This document shows, piece by piece, positions 62,236 through 64,000 of a DNA stretch of 64,000 bases; the first letter of the stretch is position 1; each line of letters begins with the position of its first letter. Source of the stretch: Yuukianura sp. NJ FZ-2021 (lineage: Eukaryota); assembly GCA_046563655.1 (NCBI GenBank), contig CM102290.1, positions 14,012,001-14,076,000 of the forward strand, given 5' to 3'. A program made the position numbers and the translations under genes. The notes beneath the pieces are model-generated. The model made no database searches and had not been told where the DNA came from. It saw nothing but the letters and a program-made list of their open reading frames with translations.

Positions 62236-63659
62236 CGTGTATATATATTAATAGTAAAACATATATCACAGTTGTGAAATGAAAGTATCAAGTATTACAA
62301 CATCAATAAGGTAATTTGCCGTAAAGTTCTAAGTAAGTAAGCTCTAAGTAAAAAGGTTATTAAATTCGTAACATCTTTGTGAACCACCTCTTTTTCTCAC
62401 TTCCTCGCGGAGTTTACGGATTGGCCAACTTGAATGTGTTATAATATATTAAATTCAAATATTTTGTATTTATTTATTTATTTATTTTATATTATATCAT
62501 TTCCTAGGCCTCAACTTGTGCCTGTGTGCCGTAACTGCCTGTGTAGAGGAATGGGAACCCATGAACCCTGGGTAAGGCCGTCTCACCTGTCAAGAATGAA
62601 ATACTCCCTGCCCTTCCCTTCCTCTCATTGAAGAAGTTTGTGTTCAACTCCAACCCACGGCAAACTCCAAACAATTCAAAACTACCCTCCTTTAATAACT
62701 TCTCCTTCCAAAATAAATTAATTCCAACGCTTAACATGGGGAACACTCATTTCAAATTCCCAGGAAAAAAGACTCCAGCAGAGATCACCATCAACTTCTC
62801 AGTTCTCAGCCTCACAAAAACATATTCTCATTAACACAAAAACTAAATTTTCCAATTTGGGAAGAAAACATTTCATATCCTCTCAAAATTCTCATTTTTT
62901 TCTTTACTCCAAACAACTCTTCCAATTATTTCGATATAATTACTTTTATTTTAACTTTTTTTTTTGTTGATACCAAATACATTTGTCATTACTCGAGAAA
63001 TTCGGATGCAGAACAGTCAAAACTCAACCTCAACTTTGAATAACTTTTGAAAAAAAGGAGTACGTGAACTTTTTTTGGTACTTTCACAACTTTTTTTTTT
63101 ATTAATTAGAATTACTTTAAGTTTTTGGTAAACAAGTCTCATATTCTAGGCTTTTTTAATGTTTTAGGAATATAAAAAGTAACCGCCGCTGATTTGATGT
63201 TTCTGAGTAATTACTTAATTAATTGCATAATTACCTAAGTAGTTAAGTGTAATTCAGTGTAATTCCACTTTCATGTCGATAAGGTGTACCACGGCGTGGG
63301 GTAATTGTTGGGATTTTACGGTACTCTTGAAATTTTGTCTCACACGGTGGAGGCGGGAAACCGCGAAATTTGAATTTGAAAATAATCATAACATAGCAGA
63401 AAAATTGAAAAAATAATGGAAATGTTAAAATCGGTTTCCAGTTCTCAGTGCTTCCAGTGTTTTGTACTAAAAAGTAATTCGTTTTTAGGTACTTTCGCGC
63501 TCGTTTGGAGAGGTCAAAGGTCAGAGGTACGGTTAACATTGTCGTTTTGTTGAGCTAATTAACCAATTAACGATTTACATTCACTGGCTTTTGTGTCTTG
63601 TTCGAAACATAGGTTTTTGGATATGACTTCTATCGTTTCCAATCTTGACGGCCTTGATC

Positions 63660-64000
63660 ATGCAGAACTTTGGCGGAAGTGAAATTTCGAGACTTGCTTG
63701 GCTAGAGTCCGAATTGAAGTTGAAGAATTTCGAATTGCAGAGAACGTCCCTGCTGCTTTTGGAATCGGAAGAGAAAGTGGTTGGTTTATCAAAAGACAAG
63801 GCCATCTTGGAAGAGAAACTACAAGTAACACATATGATTGTTGAGAAGTATTGCATTAATCAGGAAACTGTGTCATCTAACAAGTATTTTCTATCTGCAG
63901 ATTGTTAAGGAGGAGTACACAGTACTCAAATTAGAATCGGAGCACAAGCTTTCGCTACTGGATCGTCAAATCCAGGATCTCGGTGTCAAACTGAGTGTAT
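63660..64000 (+). CDS. Coiled-coil protein resembling the central part of PIBF1/CEP90 (partial, runs off the window)
   Basis: Exons 63660-63824 and 63901-end join in phase 0 (intron GTAACA..CTGCAG) to give ..ELKLKNFELQRTSLLLLESEEK..LEEKLQ/IVKEEYTVLKLESEHKL..VKLSV. From memory this resembles the PIBF1 segment KLKSFE.ER..LL.EE...KKLEVL.KEFY.L; not confirmed by search. Confidence 0.6.

Overview
AT-rich, intron-containing eukaryotic genomic DNA, almost certainly from an arthropod (ttk-type BTB protein, CLIP-A protease homolog and a Fat cadherin ending in EEYV); most introns are about 55-100 nt. I assembled the gene models by hand from GT-AG signals and reading phase. They are: five closely related effector-less tandem C2H2 zinc-finger paralogs (one solo, a tandem trio with one frameshifted copy, and one nested antisense in a fat intron), a non-catalytic clip-domain serine protease homolog with a probable GC-AG intron, a BTB gene that appears to splice via a 31-nt micro-exon onto a SOX/MATA-type HMG box, a CD151-like tetraspanin, a theta-class GST ending in AKL, NADPH-cytochrome P450 reductase, an 18-exon fat cadherin (about 4,960 aa) and the start of a PIBF1-like coiled-coil gene at the right edge. 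Three signals stand out. First, the ZF family changes finger number in exact 28-aa steps, varies mostly in the recognition helices and is mosaic, which suggests an arms-race DNA-binding repertoire. Second, the BTB-HMG architecture comes with a candidate alternative terminal exon inside an RNA stem. Third, perfect AGGTCA-n-AGGTCA direct repeats are extremely over-represented across introns, UTRs and coding exons. No database searches were run; family assignments come from motif recognition.
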